DNA from: Chloroflexota bacterium
GTDB taxonomy: Bacteria > Chloroflexota > Anaerolineae > Anaerolineales > UBA4823
Assembly (NCBI GenBank): GCA_030611505.1
Contig: JAUWPO010000001.1
Coordinates: 1-61,442, forward strand
Direction of reading: 5' to 3'
Length of the DNA: 61,442 bases
Shown here one piece after another: positions 1 to 9,574 of the stretch. The notes under the pieces are model-generated. The model was given only the letters and a program-made list of their open reading frames with translations, searched no databases and was not told where the DNA came from. Each line of letters begins with the position of its first letter. The stretch's first letter is position 1. The position numbers and the translations under genes were made by a program.

Positions 1-691
1 TTATCTTGCCCTTGCTTTTGTAATTTACAATTCGAATTTGACCCACTTCAGATGTACTATCTACGTGCGTCCCTCCGTCAGCCTGCAGGTCGAGACCTTC
101 AATTTCCACTACACGGACTTCCTCAATTCCTTCAGGTAGCATGTTGATTTTTGTACGGATCAGGTCCGGAATCCGGAAAGCTTCTTCACGCGGCAGGGTT
201 TCCACTCGTATAGGGCGGGCGTTTGCTACCTCTTGATCGACTGCTTGTTCGATTTCTTCCACCAACTCTTTGCGCATCGTTTCGAACTCAAAATCCATGC
301 GTCCTTTGAGGGGTTGCATATCGCCTCCGGTTACCAAAGCTCCATAATCCCGGAAGATGACACCGCACAGGATATGCATTGCTGTGTGTGTGCGCATCAA
401 TTTATAACGATACTCCCAATCAATCAGTCCATGTGCGGCGGCTCCAACGGTTGGTATATTGTCTTCACTGGCAATAAAATGAAAGACGTCTTCAGACACT
501 TTTTTCGCCCGCTTAATCGGATAGACAATATTTTCAACTGATAAAGTGCCGCTATCAGCGGGTTGCCCACCACCTCCGGGATAGAAAGCGGTCTGATCAA
601 GAGCAATAGCCTGGTTTTCTTCATCTACTGCAGTAATAGATGCGTCGAATGATCTTAAATAGCTGTCGGTCTGGTAAAGTAAAATTGTCAT
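1..691 (-). CDS. alaX: AlaX-type alanyl-tRNA trans-editing protein (AlaRS/ThrRS second additional domain); 3' end runs off the window
   Basis: Absent from the ORF track because it is open at the window edge. My translation from ATG 691: MTILLYQTDSYLRSFDASITAVDEENQAIALDQTAFYPGGGGQPADSG...MRTHTAMHILCG...LQADGGTHV...GQIRIVNYKSKGKI. HxxxH (HTAMH) and xGGTH editing-site motifs are present. Confidence 0.75.
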   Translation of the reverse strand, partial: MTILLYQTDSYLRSFDASITAVDEENQAIALDQTAFYPGGGGQPADSGTLSVENIVYPIKRAKKVSEDVFHFIASEDNIPTVGAAAHGLIDWEYRYKLMRTHTAMHILCGVIFRDYGALVTGGDMQPLKGRMDFEFETMRKELVEEIEQAVDQEVANARPIRVETLPREEAFRIPDLIRTKINMLPEGIEEVRVVEIEGLDLQADGGTHVDSTSEVGQIRIVNYKSKGKI

Positions 692-982
692 TTCGCTTCC
701 TCAAGAATAATGTGTTTTGAGAGTGAATCTGCTTTAAAATGAATAAATCAAGATGCTGTATGATATGAACGACATTACAGAAATGAAATAAAAAAAATTT
801 CGGATTTTTATTGTACCAGCTTGACCTTGGGAATTGACATTTTGCCATCAGTCAGGCAGAATCCTAATAACAAGATAAGATATATGGCACACTAATGAAC
901 TGCACCCCGAGCGTAGGAAATAATTGAAATCAAATTGAAGTGAAATTATCCTCATTTTATTACCTTCAATAGGAGAATCAAT

Positions 983-2023
983 ATGAATGATCTAGTCTTT
1001 TATTATCCTGAGGGACATAAAGCCCATTATGAACCTGGGCATCCTGAAAGACCGGACCGCGTCGAAGTAATCCGTGAGTCACTTCAGAAGGCAGGTTGGT
1101 GGGATGATTATCCTCATCTCGAATCGATCTCTCTCTCCCCTGAATTATTAAGTTCGATACACACCCCTGAATACTTGGCAACGCTAGAAGCTGCGTGTCG
1201 ACAGGGAGTGCACTTGGATGCAGATACATACACCACTCCCGATTCTTGGAGGCTGGCTCACAATGCTGCTGGCGGAGCTGTGACTGTGGCTGTATCAGTA
1301 TGGGAAGGTAAGAGCAAAAAGGGATTGGCACTCACGCGGCCACCTGGTCACCACGCAACATCTAATCGCGGAATGGGATTCTGCTTATTAAATAACATTG
1401 CCATAGCGGCTGAATACTTGATCACTGGGGGAGGAGATAATGCAGCCCATGCGCGACGTCTTGCGATTGTGGATATTGATCTACACCACGGAAACGGGAC
1501 TCAGGATATATTTTGGAATCGGGGGGATGTACTCTATATATCGACTCACCAATCGCCGTTTTATCCAGGAACAGGAGCCTTAGGAGAAACCGGAGCTGGT
1601 CGTGGAGAGGGTTTAACAGCGAATTTCCCCCTGCCACCTGGAACAGGGGACCTGGGTTTTCAGGCATTCATGGATGAATTGATCCTCCCAATACTGGATC
1701 AGTTTTCACCTCAGATGCTGCTGATAAGCATAGGGTTCGACCCGCATTGGCGAGATCCTTTAGGTCATTTGATGCTTTCTGCGCAGGGGTTTGGCGGTCT
1801 TATCAGGAGTTTAGTCAAATTTGCTGACCGAAATTGTGAAGGACGAATTGCGCTGTTCCTGGAAGGGGGGTACGATCTGGATGCGGGCGCGGCCTGCCTG
1901 CAAGCTGCGGTTGCGGCGCTGCTGGATGTGGAATGGCAGGATTATCTGGGACCTTCTCCGCGCCCGGAGGGAAAATCATGGATCTCTGTCCTTCGGGAGG
2001 CGCACAACATTTGGGGAATCTGA
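983..2023 (+). CDS. Histone deacetylase-family amidohydrolase (AcuC/HDAC-like)
   Basis: 346-aa ORF with PPGHHA, DIDLHHGNGTQ and LEGGY motifs. AGGAG lies upstream of the ATG. Confidence 0.85.
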   Translation: MNDLVFYYPEGHKAHYEPGHPERPDRVEVIRESLQKAGWWDDYPHLESISLSPELLSSIHTPEYLATLEAACRQGVHLDADTYTTPDSWRLAHNAAGGAVTVAVSVWEGKSKKGLALTRPPGHHATSNRGMGFCLLNNIAIAAEYLITGGGDNAAHARRLAIVDIDLHHGNGTQDIFWNRGDVLYISTHQSPFYPGTGALGETGAGRGEGLTANFPLPPGTGDLGFQAFMDELILPILDQFSPQMLLISIGFDPHWRDPLGHLMLSAQGFGGLIRSLVKFADRNCEGRIALFLEGGYDLDAGAACLQAAVAALLDVEWQDYLGPSPRPEGKSWISVLREAHNIWGI

Positions 2024-2118
2024 AATTACCTCAGGGAAAAACCTAATATTCTTATATCTCTTTGAGGGTCATCAAGAGATTAACCAATTTATAGCTCCAT
2101 TAGGCGTCTTCTAAATTT

Positions 2119-3048
2119 ATGATCTGGTATTTACTAATAATTATAATCGTCGCAACCAGTATTCTGACGATTTTTGGATTTGTGGGGCGGATATGTTGGA
2201 TTCTTGATATATTCAGCCACTTTCGAGTGCAGTATGCGATCATGCAGGCGGCTGGTGGATTAATCCTTATTGTGGGAGATCAAATCCTAGCTGCCGGACT
2301 GGCATTTACTTTTATGTTAATAAATATCGCTGTTATTATCCCCTTATATTTGCCCTCATCCCACAGTGATACAAATAAAAAAGTTTACCGGCTGCTGTTG
2401 GCAAATGTGCTGCAGTCCAATAACTCGTATGGTTTAATAGATGCATTAATCAAAAAGTATTCTCCGGATTTCATCGTCTTAGTTGAACCAAATCAGAATT
2501 GGTTAGATCAGCTAGAAGATGCACTGATAGATTATCCATATCGTTGCAGCCGGACCAGGGAAGATAGCTATGGGATTGCCCTATTCAGCCGTGTGCAACT
2601 GGATCATTGCGACATTCGAAGTTTTGGAGATGCTGGTGTTCCATCGGTAATAGCTAAAGCCACATTATCGGGAGGATCTATTACGTTCATTGGAACCCAC
2701 CCGCCTCCACCTAAAGGGGCTGTTAACAGTAGATTCCGCAATCGGCAGTTGGTTGAAATGGCAATGTTTATCCGATCGCTGCCCGGCGCTGCCATCTTGT
2801 GCGGAGATTTGAATATGTCGCCGTGGTCAGTTTATTTCCGTTCTTTCTTACGAGAGAGTGGACTGCTCGACAGCGGAAAGGGTTTTGGAGTGCAGCCCAC
2901 CTGGCCGGTTGAATGTCCGATAATGCGAGTTCCAATTGATCACTGCTTTGTTTCAGAGGGAATCCGGGTTCTTCACAGAAAGATTGGTCCCAAAGTTGGT
3001 TCCGATCATTATCCAGTGCTGGTTGATTTTGCGATTTGCGAAAGTTGA
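2119..3048 (+). CDS. Membrane-anchored endonuclease/exonuclease/phosphatase (EEP) family protein
   Basis: N-terminal hydrophobic helices, then GDLNMSPWS and SDHYPVLVDF, which are typical C-terminal EEP motifs. Confidence 0.75.
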   Translation: MIWYLLIIIIVATSILTIFGFVGRICWILDIFSHFRVQYAIMQAAGGLILIVGDQILAAGLAFTFMLINIAVIIPLYLPSSHSDTNKKVYRLLLANVLQSNNSYGLIDALIKKYSPDFIVLVEPNQNWLDQLEDALIDYPYRCSRTREDSYGIALFSRVQLDHCDIRSFGDAGVPSVIAKATLSGGSITFIGTHPPPPKGAVNSRFRNRQLVEMAMFIRSLPGAAILCGDLNMSPWSVYFRSFLRESGLLDSGKGFGVQPTWPVECPIMRVPIDHCFVSEGIRVLHRKIGPKVGSDHYPVLVDFAICES

Positions 3049-3222
3049 ATAATCCGGATTTTCGTAGACTGGTAGAATAATAGCGTTTTTAGAAAACCAA
3101 CCGTTTTCAAGTGCAGAATTAGCTTGAAGTAGTAATTTTATGTTATTTGGTTGAAAATCTATCACTGGGCTCATAGAGACTGCAGAGAAATTCAATTCAA
3201 TGTGTTGGAGACAAAATTTGAT

Positions 3223-3669
3223 ATGGGAACTATCACTTTAAGATGGATTGAGCAACATTTGATGATGGCAAGTGACTCGAATGGGCATTCAATTGTAATT
3301 GGGCGCTCACCTGAACCGCAGTTTGAATGGGAGGGAGTTAAACCTTCAGATTTGCTGCTGATGGCTGTAGCATCATGCTCGGCATATGATGTGGTTGAGA
3401 TATTGACCAAGCAGCGTGAACAATTGCTGGATCTGAAAGTAACCTGTGCGGGTGACCAGGAATCAGCCCCTCCATATATTTTTACCAGTATACACGTACA
3501 CTACATTGCCCGTGGGGATATCAATCCTGATAAATTGGAAAAAGCGATCCATTTATCTGAAGATAAATATTGTTCTGTAATTGCCACCTTGCGACCGGGT
3601 GTGCCCATCACAAGCGATTATGAGATCTTAGATCAGCAGGGAGTAAAGCAGTGGAATCGAAATCAATAA
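3223..3669 (+). CDS. OsmC/Ohr-family peroxiredoxin-like protein
   Basis: OsmC-like size and the two conserved Cys contexts (VASCSAYD, EDKYCSV). I moved the start from the TTG at 3151 to the in-frame ATG at 3223 (MGTITLRWIE...). Confidence 0.7.
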   Translation: MGTITLRWIEQHLMMASDSNGHSIVIGRSPEPQFEWEGVKPSDLLLMAVASCSAYDVVEILTKQREQLLDLKVTCAGDQESAPPYIFTSIHVHYIARGDINPDKLEKAIHLSEDKYCSVIATLRPGVPITSDYEILDQQGVKQWNRNQ

Positions 3670-4847
3670 AAATCTCAACAAAAGAATATCGGGCTCGATG
3701 TGAAGTGCTGCGCGAGCATTTGAAGTTATCTGGACTTACGGGTGCTGTTCTTTTTGATAACTACTATATCCTGTATTACGCGGGATTCGCATTCATACCG
3801 ACGGAACGACCGGTCGCTTTTGTGATGAACACCAAAGGTGAAAAGGCACTTTTTGTCCCGAGGTTGGAAGTCGAGCATGCTCAAGCAAATGCGGTGGTAG
3901 ATCGGGTAGACCAGTATGTAGAATATCCATTTGAACCGCATCCTCTCAATAAGCTGCGGGATATATTAGAGGATATGGGGATTAGTAAACAATATGCTGC
4001 AGACCGGGATGGTTATCCGTGGATTCTTGGATATAAAGGTCCGAGTCTCAGCGAACTACTGGGTGAAAAACCGCTGGGAATTGCGGCTTTCATTGAAGAG
4101 CGGATGGCAATCAAGAGCCAGTCTGAGGTAAATTTGATTTATGAAAGTGTGAAGTGGGGAAATCTGGCTCATACTTTGCTGCAGCGCTACACACATCCAG
4201 GGTTGACGGAGACCGAAGTCAGCTTACGGGCCAGCATGGAGGCGACGCTGTGCATGCTGGATACGATTGGACCGATTTACAGAGCTCAGAGCCCGTTTTC
4301 TGATGGTGCCAGTGTCGGATACCGGGGGCAAATTGGCCGCAACGCGGAGATTCCGCATGCGTTAGCAAGCAATATCATCTTCCAGCAAGGGGATGTATTA
4401 GTGACCGGAGCTTCTGCGCCGGTGTGGGGGTACAATTCCGAACTGGAGCGTACGATGATCATTGGTCCAGCGAGCAATGAACAAAAAAGGAACTTTGACC
4501 ATATGTTGGTTTTACAGGAAACGGCGTTCCAGGCCATAAAACCGGGTGCCAGATGCGCTGATGTTGATCGGGCAGTGCGCGCTTATTACGAAGAACATGA
4601 TTTAATGCCGTATTGGAAGCATCATGTCGGGCACGCAATCGGACTTCGTTACCATGAAGGCCCGTTCTTGGACCTGGGCGACCAAACTGAAATCAGCCCA
4701 GGCATGGTGTTTACGGTTGAACCGGGATTATATGTACCTGGGGCAGGTGGCTTCCGGCACTCCGATACAGTGCTAGTAACGGAGGGTGGGATCGAAATGA
4801 TGACTTATTATCCGTGCGATCTTGAGAGCTTGACGATCCGGGTTTAG
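3651..4847 (+). CDS. M24-family metallopeptidase (Xaa-Pro aminopeptidase/creatinase-like)
   Basis: [24 protein letters not shown] and FTVEPGLY metal-ligand motifs. GTG start is preceded by GGGAG and overlaps the end of the OsmC gene. Confidence 0.8.
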   Translation: MESKSIKISTKEYRARCEVLREHLKLSGLTGAVLFDNYYILYYAGFAFIPTERPVAFVMNTKGEKALFVPRLEVEHAQANAVVDRVDQYVEYPFEPHPLNKLRDILEDMGISKQYAADRDGYPWILGYKGPSLSELLGEKPLGIAAFIEERMAIKSQSEVNLIYESVKWGNLAHTLLQRYTHPGLTETEVSLRASMEATLCMLDTIGPIYRAQSPFSDGASVGYRGQIGRNAEIPHALASNIIFQQGDVLVTGASAPVWGYNSELERTMIIGPASNEQKRNFDHMLVLQETAFQAIKPGARCADVDRAVRAYYEEHDLMPYWKHHVGHAIGLRYHEGPFLDLGDQTEISPGMVFTVEPGLYVPGAGGFRHSDTVLVTEGGIEMMTYYPCDLESLTIRV

Positions 4848-4874
4848 TGCTTTCCAGATTGAAGGGAGGAGATC

Positions 4875-5459
4875 ATGATGAACCAGATGTTATCCTCAAG
4901 GTTTGAGGGGGCTTTGATCCTGGCGACAAGTTTACACACAAACCAGGTTAGAAAAGGTGCCAGGATTCCCTATGTCGCCCATCTGCTTGCGGTTACCGCG
5001 CTAGTTTTGGAGGACGGCGGTGATGAAGACCAGGCGATCGCGGCGCTGCTGCATGATGCGGTAGAAGATCAAGGTGGCATTGAGACACTAGATGAAATTC
5101 GGAGACGCTTTGGAGAGCGTGTGGCACGAATTGTGGAAGGCTGCAGCGATTCTTTTGAATCTCCCAAACCGCCATGGAGAGAACGCAAGGAGAATTATTT
5201 GAGTCACCTGCGCGAAGCGGATATCGATATACTGCGCGTATCGTTGGCGGATAAACTGCATAACGCATGTTCGATACTGGGCGACCTGCAGCAGCACGGT
5301 GACGTGATTTGGGAGAGGTTTAAAGGTGGGGAAGATGGAACGCTTTGGTATTACCGCTCATTGGTGGATGTTTTTCGCGAGAAGGATTTTTCACCAATGG
5401 TGGGTGAATTGCAGCGTGTATTTAACGAAATCGAAGGGTTGACCAAAAGAGGCGAGTAG
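4875..5459 (+). CDS. Stand-alone HD-domain hydrolase of the RelA/SpoT (ppGpp hydrolase-like) type
   Basis: IPYVAHLLAV and AALLHDAVEDQGG match the His...HD...ED pattern of the SpoT/Mesh1 hydrolase domain. GGGAGGAG lies upstream of the ATG. Confidence 0.65.
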   Translation: MMNQMLSSRFEGALILATSLHTNQVRKGARIPYVAHLLAVTALVLEDGGDEDQAIAALLHDAVEDQGGIETLDEIRRRFGERVARIVEGCSDSFESPKPPWRERKENYLSHLREADIDILRVSLADKLHNACSILGDLQQHGDVIWERFKGGEDGTLWYYRSLVDVFREKDFSPMVGELQRVFNEIEGLTKRGE

Positions 5460-5622
5460 GCTGCAGAACGCTGATGGGACATTCTATTGGTTACAATCAG
5501 TCAGTTTGGGGATTTAGTGATAAACCTTGGAGATATGTGTCGTTATTCCATTAAATCTGCCCCAGAACAAAAAGCTCGTGTTATAATGAAAAATCAATCT
5601 GGAAGGGACATCAAAACTGGAC

Positions 5623-6141
5623 ATGAACGACGAAAATAGCCTGCCCCAAGAAGTCATAACGACAGATCAACCAGCACCAGCTCAAGATATGGGGATGGAT
5701 GTTCACCCCAGTGAGCAGAAGGAATTAACCGCTGAACAAAAGAAGCTGCTAGTCATTGCCATTATTGTTGTGCTGTTAATAGTTGTATTGATTGGCGTGA
5801 GTATCTACTATTTATTGCAATCCAGTACAGATACTGAGCGGATCAGAAATATTTTCATAATATTTATGGCACTCGCATCACTGCTAGTAGGCTTGACTTT
5901 TGTGATTTTGATGGTGCAGTTAGCGAGGTTTATCAACTTATTGAATAATGAAGTTCAACCAATACTCGAATCGACCGATGAAACGGTCAGCAATTTACGA
6001 GGAACAACTGAATTCTTGAGCGACAACCTGGTTAAACCTGTTATCAAGATGAACGAGTACTTATCAGGGGTTCTTCAATTATTCCAAACGATAGGTCTAG
6101 CAAGAAAAACCCCGAAATCTAAAACAAACAAAGGAGAGTAA
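5623..6141 (+). CDS. Membrane protein with two TM helices and a coiled-coil tail (DUF948-like)
   Basis: Two hydrophobic segments (LLVIAIIVVLLIVVLIGVSIYYLL, IFIIFMALASLLVGLTFVILMV) followed by a helical region. It sits directly upstream of a YtxH-like gene, as DUF948 genes do in Firmicutes. Confidence 0.45.
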   Translation: MNDENSLPQEVITTDQPAPAQDMGMDVHPSEQKELTAEQKKLLVIAIIVVLLIVVLIGVSIYYLLQSSTDTERIRNIFIIFMALASLLVGLTFVILMVQLARFINLLNNEVQPILESTDETVSNLRGTTEFLSDNLVKPVIKMNEYLSGVLQLFQTIGLARKTPKSKTNKGE

Positions 6142-6145
6142 GAAA

Positions 6146-6481
6146 ATGTCTAATGATAATGGAAATTTTGGTTCATTCTTTGCCGGCTTGGTTCTTGGCG
6201 GTCTGATTGGTGCAGGAGTAGCTCTGTTGTACGCGCCTCAATCAGGTGAGGAAACCCGTATTTTGATCAAGGACAAAAGCGTCGAATTGAAGGATACGAC
6301 CGTAGAAAAGGCGGATCAAGCCCGTGTTCAAGCAAAGCAGAAAGCAGCAGAATGGCAGGAGAAGGGTAAGGCTGCTTATGAAGAAGAAAAAGCTAAACTT
6401 ACAAAGAAAGCCGGAAAAGCTGAAGATGTAGAGGTAGTAGAAGAAGTTATCGAAGTAGAAGAAGAACCTGGTGAAGCATAG
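6146..6481 (+). CDS. YtxH-domain general-stress-like protein
   Basis: FFAGLVLGGLIGAGVALLYAPQSGEETR, a Gly-rich N-terminal helix, followed by a Lys/Glu-rich helical tail. Confidence 0.7.
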   Translation: MSNDNGNFGSFFAGLVLGGLIGAGVALLYAPQSGEETRILIKDKSVELKDTTVEKADQARVQAKQKAAEWQEKGKAAYEEEKAKLTKKAGKAEDVEVVEEVIEVEEEPGEA

Positions 6482-6654
6482 GGGAAATCTGTCTACTATT
6501 GAACGTTCATTCAATATGATTATAAGACCGGTTTAGAAGCAGCGTTAATATCTGCTTCATAGACCGCAATATATTATTATCAAGCGTGAGAGACCCGGTT
6601 TCGTGCTGCTGTTAATCACAGGCTGATTTAACAGTTGAAACTGGGTTTCACTTA

Positions 6655-8292
6655 TTAATTTGGATTGTATAATGCGCTAATTACGTCCACCGAGGCATCA
6701 CAGACGTCGCCTGCCAATACTGAGGCAGAGTTTCCGATGGTCTCAGCTGCCAGCAGCCCCGCCTGGGCATGAATCCATGCACCTGCAACAGCCGCGTGAA
6801 AACCATCCACTCCTTGAGCTCTCAGACCAGCGATCAATCCTGATAGAACATCGCCGGTTCCTGCGCGCGCTAACGCCGGAGTGGCAACGGGAATGACCGC
6901 TGCTTGACTGTCTGGTGCTGAGATCACCGTAAAAGCACCCTTCAATACCAGAATGTGTCCCCACTTGCGGCTGAAATCACGGGCAATATCCAGCCGATCG
7001 GATTGGATATCTTGGGTTGATAATCCTGTTAGCACAGACATCTCGCCAGGGTGGGGGGTAAGAACAGTTTGTTCAGGCAGATAACTCCACCAACTTGGAA
7101 TTTTTGCTAATAGTTTTAATCCATCCGCGTCAATAACCAGCGGTGGTAATTTTGCCTTGTAATCACTCGAAGTGCTAGCATTCGACTTCTTTGCATCCAG
7201 CTTGCTGTTTAATCCAATGTTAACATCTAATAAACGGGAAAGGAATTCGCCGGTCGTACCTTCAAGACCAAATCCCGGTCCAACCAGGAGTGCTGTGGCG
7301 CGCTCAAGGTTGGATAGCACGATGTCGGAGGCTTCAGAAGCGATAACACCGCCTTCGTGAGGCAAAGGCAGCCATGTCGCTTCAGGAAATTGTCCGGAAA
7401 GAGAGGTATGAAGTGGGGCGGGGATAGCTAGAGTGACCAATCCGGCTCCGGAGCGGAATGCTGCCTGACCGGCTAACAAAGCTGCGCCGGTGTAGTTTAT
7501 TGAACCAGCAACTACCAATAAAGTGCCAAAAGTGCCCTTGTGAGCGTCAAGCGGACGGGGAGGCATATACTGGCGGACCCATTCAAATTCTGGCACAATA
7601 CAATTCACCGCTTTCCATGTCACTAATCCTTTACCTTCATCAGGCAGTCCGATACCAATGACCCGCAGGTCACCCAACAAATTAAATGCCGGGAACTTCA
7701 TCAAACCACTTTTTATAGCCGCCATTGTAACGGTGAGGTTGGCTGGAATGCATTCAGGTGCAGTTTCACCACTGTCGCAATCTACACCGGAAGGACAATC
7801 GACAGCTACAACAATGGGTGGTTTCGGTTCGTTTTGTATTTCTATGCGAATAAAATCCAGGATCTCGGCCAGGTTTGGTTTTAAAGGCAAGCGAATCCCG
7901 GTACCCAGTACGCCATCCAATAGGATTGCGTGATCTTGCATGGTCTTTATCAATCCAGAAAGATTTTTGTCCTCTCCAATCTCGTGTATAACACCTCCTG
8001 CACGAATCAATCGCTGCATAAGAACGTCATCTGCTGGTCTGGGACGGACGATATATGCAGATGCTTGCCAGCCTTTCTCAGCCAGGTAAGATAAAGCGAC
8101 TAAAGTATCCCCTCCGTTGTTGCCAGAACCTACTAACCCCAGGACGCCTCCATCCTTTGAGTCGCAGTACTCTTCTAATATAGTTTCTGCTAACCCGCGT
8201 CCAGCGTTTTCCATCATGGTCTCGTAAGTCAATCCTTGGGCATTTGCTTCCCGTTCAATGGAAATCATCTCTGCAACTGTGACCAGTTTCAT
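6655..8292 (-). CDS. nnr: Bifunctional NAD(P)H-hydrate repair enzyme (epimerase + ADP-dependent dehydratase)
   Basis: GSGNNGGDTLV (YjeF_N) and a C-terminal kinase-like domain with GTGDVLSG. Start set at ATG 8292, preceded by GGAGG, rather than at 8322. Confidence 0.85.
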   Translation of the reverse strand: MKLVTVAEMISIEREANAQGLTYETMMENAGRGLAETILEEYCDSKDGGVLGLVGSGNNGGDTLVALSYLAEKGWQASAYIVRPRPADDVLMQRLIRAGGVIHEIGEDKNLSGLIKTMQDHAILLDGVLGTGIRLPLKPNLAEILDFIRIEIQNEPKPPIVVAVDCPSGVDCDSGETAPECIPANLTVTMAAIKSGLMKFPAFNLLGDLRVIGIGLPDEGKGLVTWKAVNCIVPEFEWVRQYMPPRPLDAHKGTFGTLLVVAGSINYTGAALLAGQAAFRSGAGLVTLAIPAPLHTSLSGQFPEATWLPLPHEGGVIASEASDIVLSNLERATALLVGPGFGLEGTTGEFLSRLLDVNIGLNSKLDAKKSNASTSSDYKAKLPPLVIDADGLKLLAKIPSWWSYLPEQTVLTPHPGEMSVLTGLSTQDIQSDRLDIARDFSRKWGHILVLKGAFTVISAPDSQAAVIPVATPALARAGTGDVLSGLIAGLRAQGVDGFHAAVAGAWIHAQAGLLAAETIGNSASVLAGDVCDASVDVISALYNPN

Positions 8293-8467
8293 TTTTGCCT
8301 CCATACTGAACTCACATTTCAATTGGAACCTAATGTTACTCCAATTATTAAAGAGAAGTTTACCGCGTTTTTATGGATAAAAGATAATCTGAATATAGCC
8401 GTGGGAGTTGTTATGATCTGATGTAGGATTTCCTATTCGAGGAGAGGTTAGATTGCTTAGGCTGGCA

Positions 8468-8505
8468 TCCAAAGAGCGGATGCTTATCCAAAGAGCGGAT
8501 GCTTA
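8468..8505. repeat. Perfect tandem duplication of the 19-nt unit tccaaagagcggatgctta, each copy carrying a short inverted repeat
   Basis: Read directly: 8468-8486 and 8487-8505 are identical. gcatcc(8465-8470)/ggatgc(8479-8484) form a 6-bp inverted repeat. Confidence 0.9.
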
Positions 8506-8653
8506 ACGCCTCTCACTGACAATTACTTGTGAGAAGGTGGGGACGCCGTCTAGAGCGAGTAGGGGACCACAGGTTGTCTATTTAAAATCATTGGCACACA
8601 ATATGCAATGGTTTGAATGATTAAATTTACTTTGGTCAATATGGAGTACGTGA

Positions 8654-9574
8654 ATGTCTTCCTACAGAGTTCTCTCATTAGATGGTGGTGGTATTCGCGG
8701 GCTGATAACAGCCATACTGCTTGAAAGGCTGGAGGAGGCTCATCCAGGATTTTTGTCTTATATAGATCTATTCGCAGGCACATCAACGGGTGGGCTGTTG
8801 GCTTTAGGGTTGGCTTCCGGGATGTCACCTAAAGAAATTAGGAGTTTATACGAGGAGATGGGGAAACGAGTTTTTTCCAATTCCTTCCTGGATGGTATTT
8901 TGGATCTGGGTAATCTAATTGGTGCAGAATACTCTATCGGTCCATTGAAGCGGGAATTAGAGAATCGCTTTGGTGACAAGCGACTGGGTGATTTGCCAAA
9001 GAAAGTGCTGGTCTCGTCTTTCGACCTGGACAACTGCCCCCAAGATAAGAATCGATTGCGCACGTGGAAGGCAAAGTTCTTTCACAATTACCCGGGGTTA
9101 GATTCGGATGGCGATCAGAAAGTTGTAGACGTGGCTCTGCGAACCAGTAACGCGCCTACGTATTTCCCGATCTACCAGGGATACGTTGATGGCGGTGTTG
9201 TGGCAAATAATCCAAGTGTGTGTGCAATGGCGCAGGCTCTTCATCCACTTACTGGAGGACAGGATTTAGAAGACATCGTATTGTTATCCCTGGGTACTGG
9301 TCACAATCCGAGGTTTCTCCCTCAACAACAAGGTGATTGGGGTTTATTACACTGGGCGCCCCATATGGTTGATCTTGCTCTTGAAGGGAGCGCAGGTCTG
9401 GCAGATTACCAATGTAGACAGTTTTTGGATCACCGTTATTATCGGATCAATCCTGTGCTGCCGTATCCTATCGGGATGGATGAAGTGGATAAAATTCCGC
9501 AGATGATCGAGATAGCAATCCAGGTTGATCTAGACGGCGCAATTCAATGGATTAAAAAACATTACTTATCATGA
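8654..9574 (+). CDS. Patatin-like phospholipase
   Basis: LSLDGGGIRG (oxyanion hole), GTSTGG (GxSxG nucleophile) and DGGVVANNP (catalytic Asp). Confidence 0.85.
   Translation: MSSYRVLSLDGGGIRGLITAILLERLEEAHPGFLSYIDLFAGTSTGGLLALGLASGMSPKEIRSLYEEMGKRVFSNSFLDGILDLGNLIGAEYSIGPLKRELENRFGDKRLGDLPKKVLVSSFDLDNCPQDKNRLRTWKAKFFHNYPGLDSDGDQKVVDVALRTSNAPTYFPIYQGYVDGGVVANNPSVCAMAQALHPLTGGQDLEDIVLLSLGTGHNPRFLPQQQGDWGLLHWAPHMVDLALEGSAGLADYQCRQFLDHRYYRINPVLPYPIGMDEVDKIPQMIEIAIQVDLDGAIQWIKKHYLS

Noticed and set aside
3151-3222. Longer TTG-initiated form of the OsmC-like ORF
   Set aside because: The extra 24 codons add no OsmC-like sequence. The in-frame ATG at 3223 gives the family-typical length.
8468-8505. 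Possible CRISPR-like repeat
   Set aside because: There are only two directly abutting 19-nt copies with no spacers. No cas genes occur in the window.
8654-9574. Patatin-like phospholipase as a CBASS CapV-type effector, with the neighbouring nucleosidase-fold gene as a nucleotide-depleting effector
   Set aside because: No CD-NTase/cyclase, sensor, E1/E2/JAB or other signalling gene lies nearby. The two genes are convergent rather than in one operon. Stand-alone patatins and MtnN/MqnB-like enzymes are common housekeeping genes.
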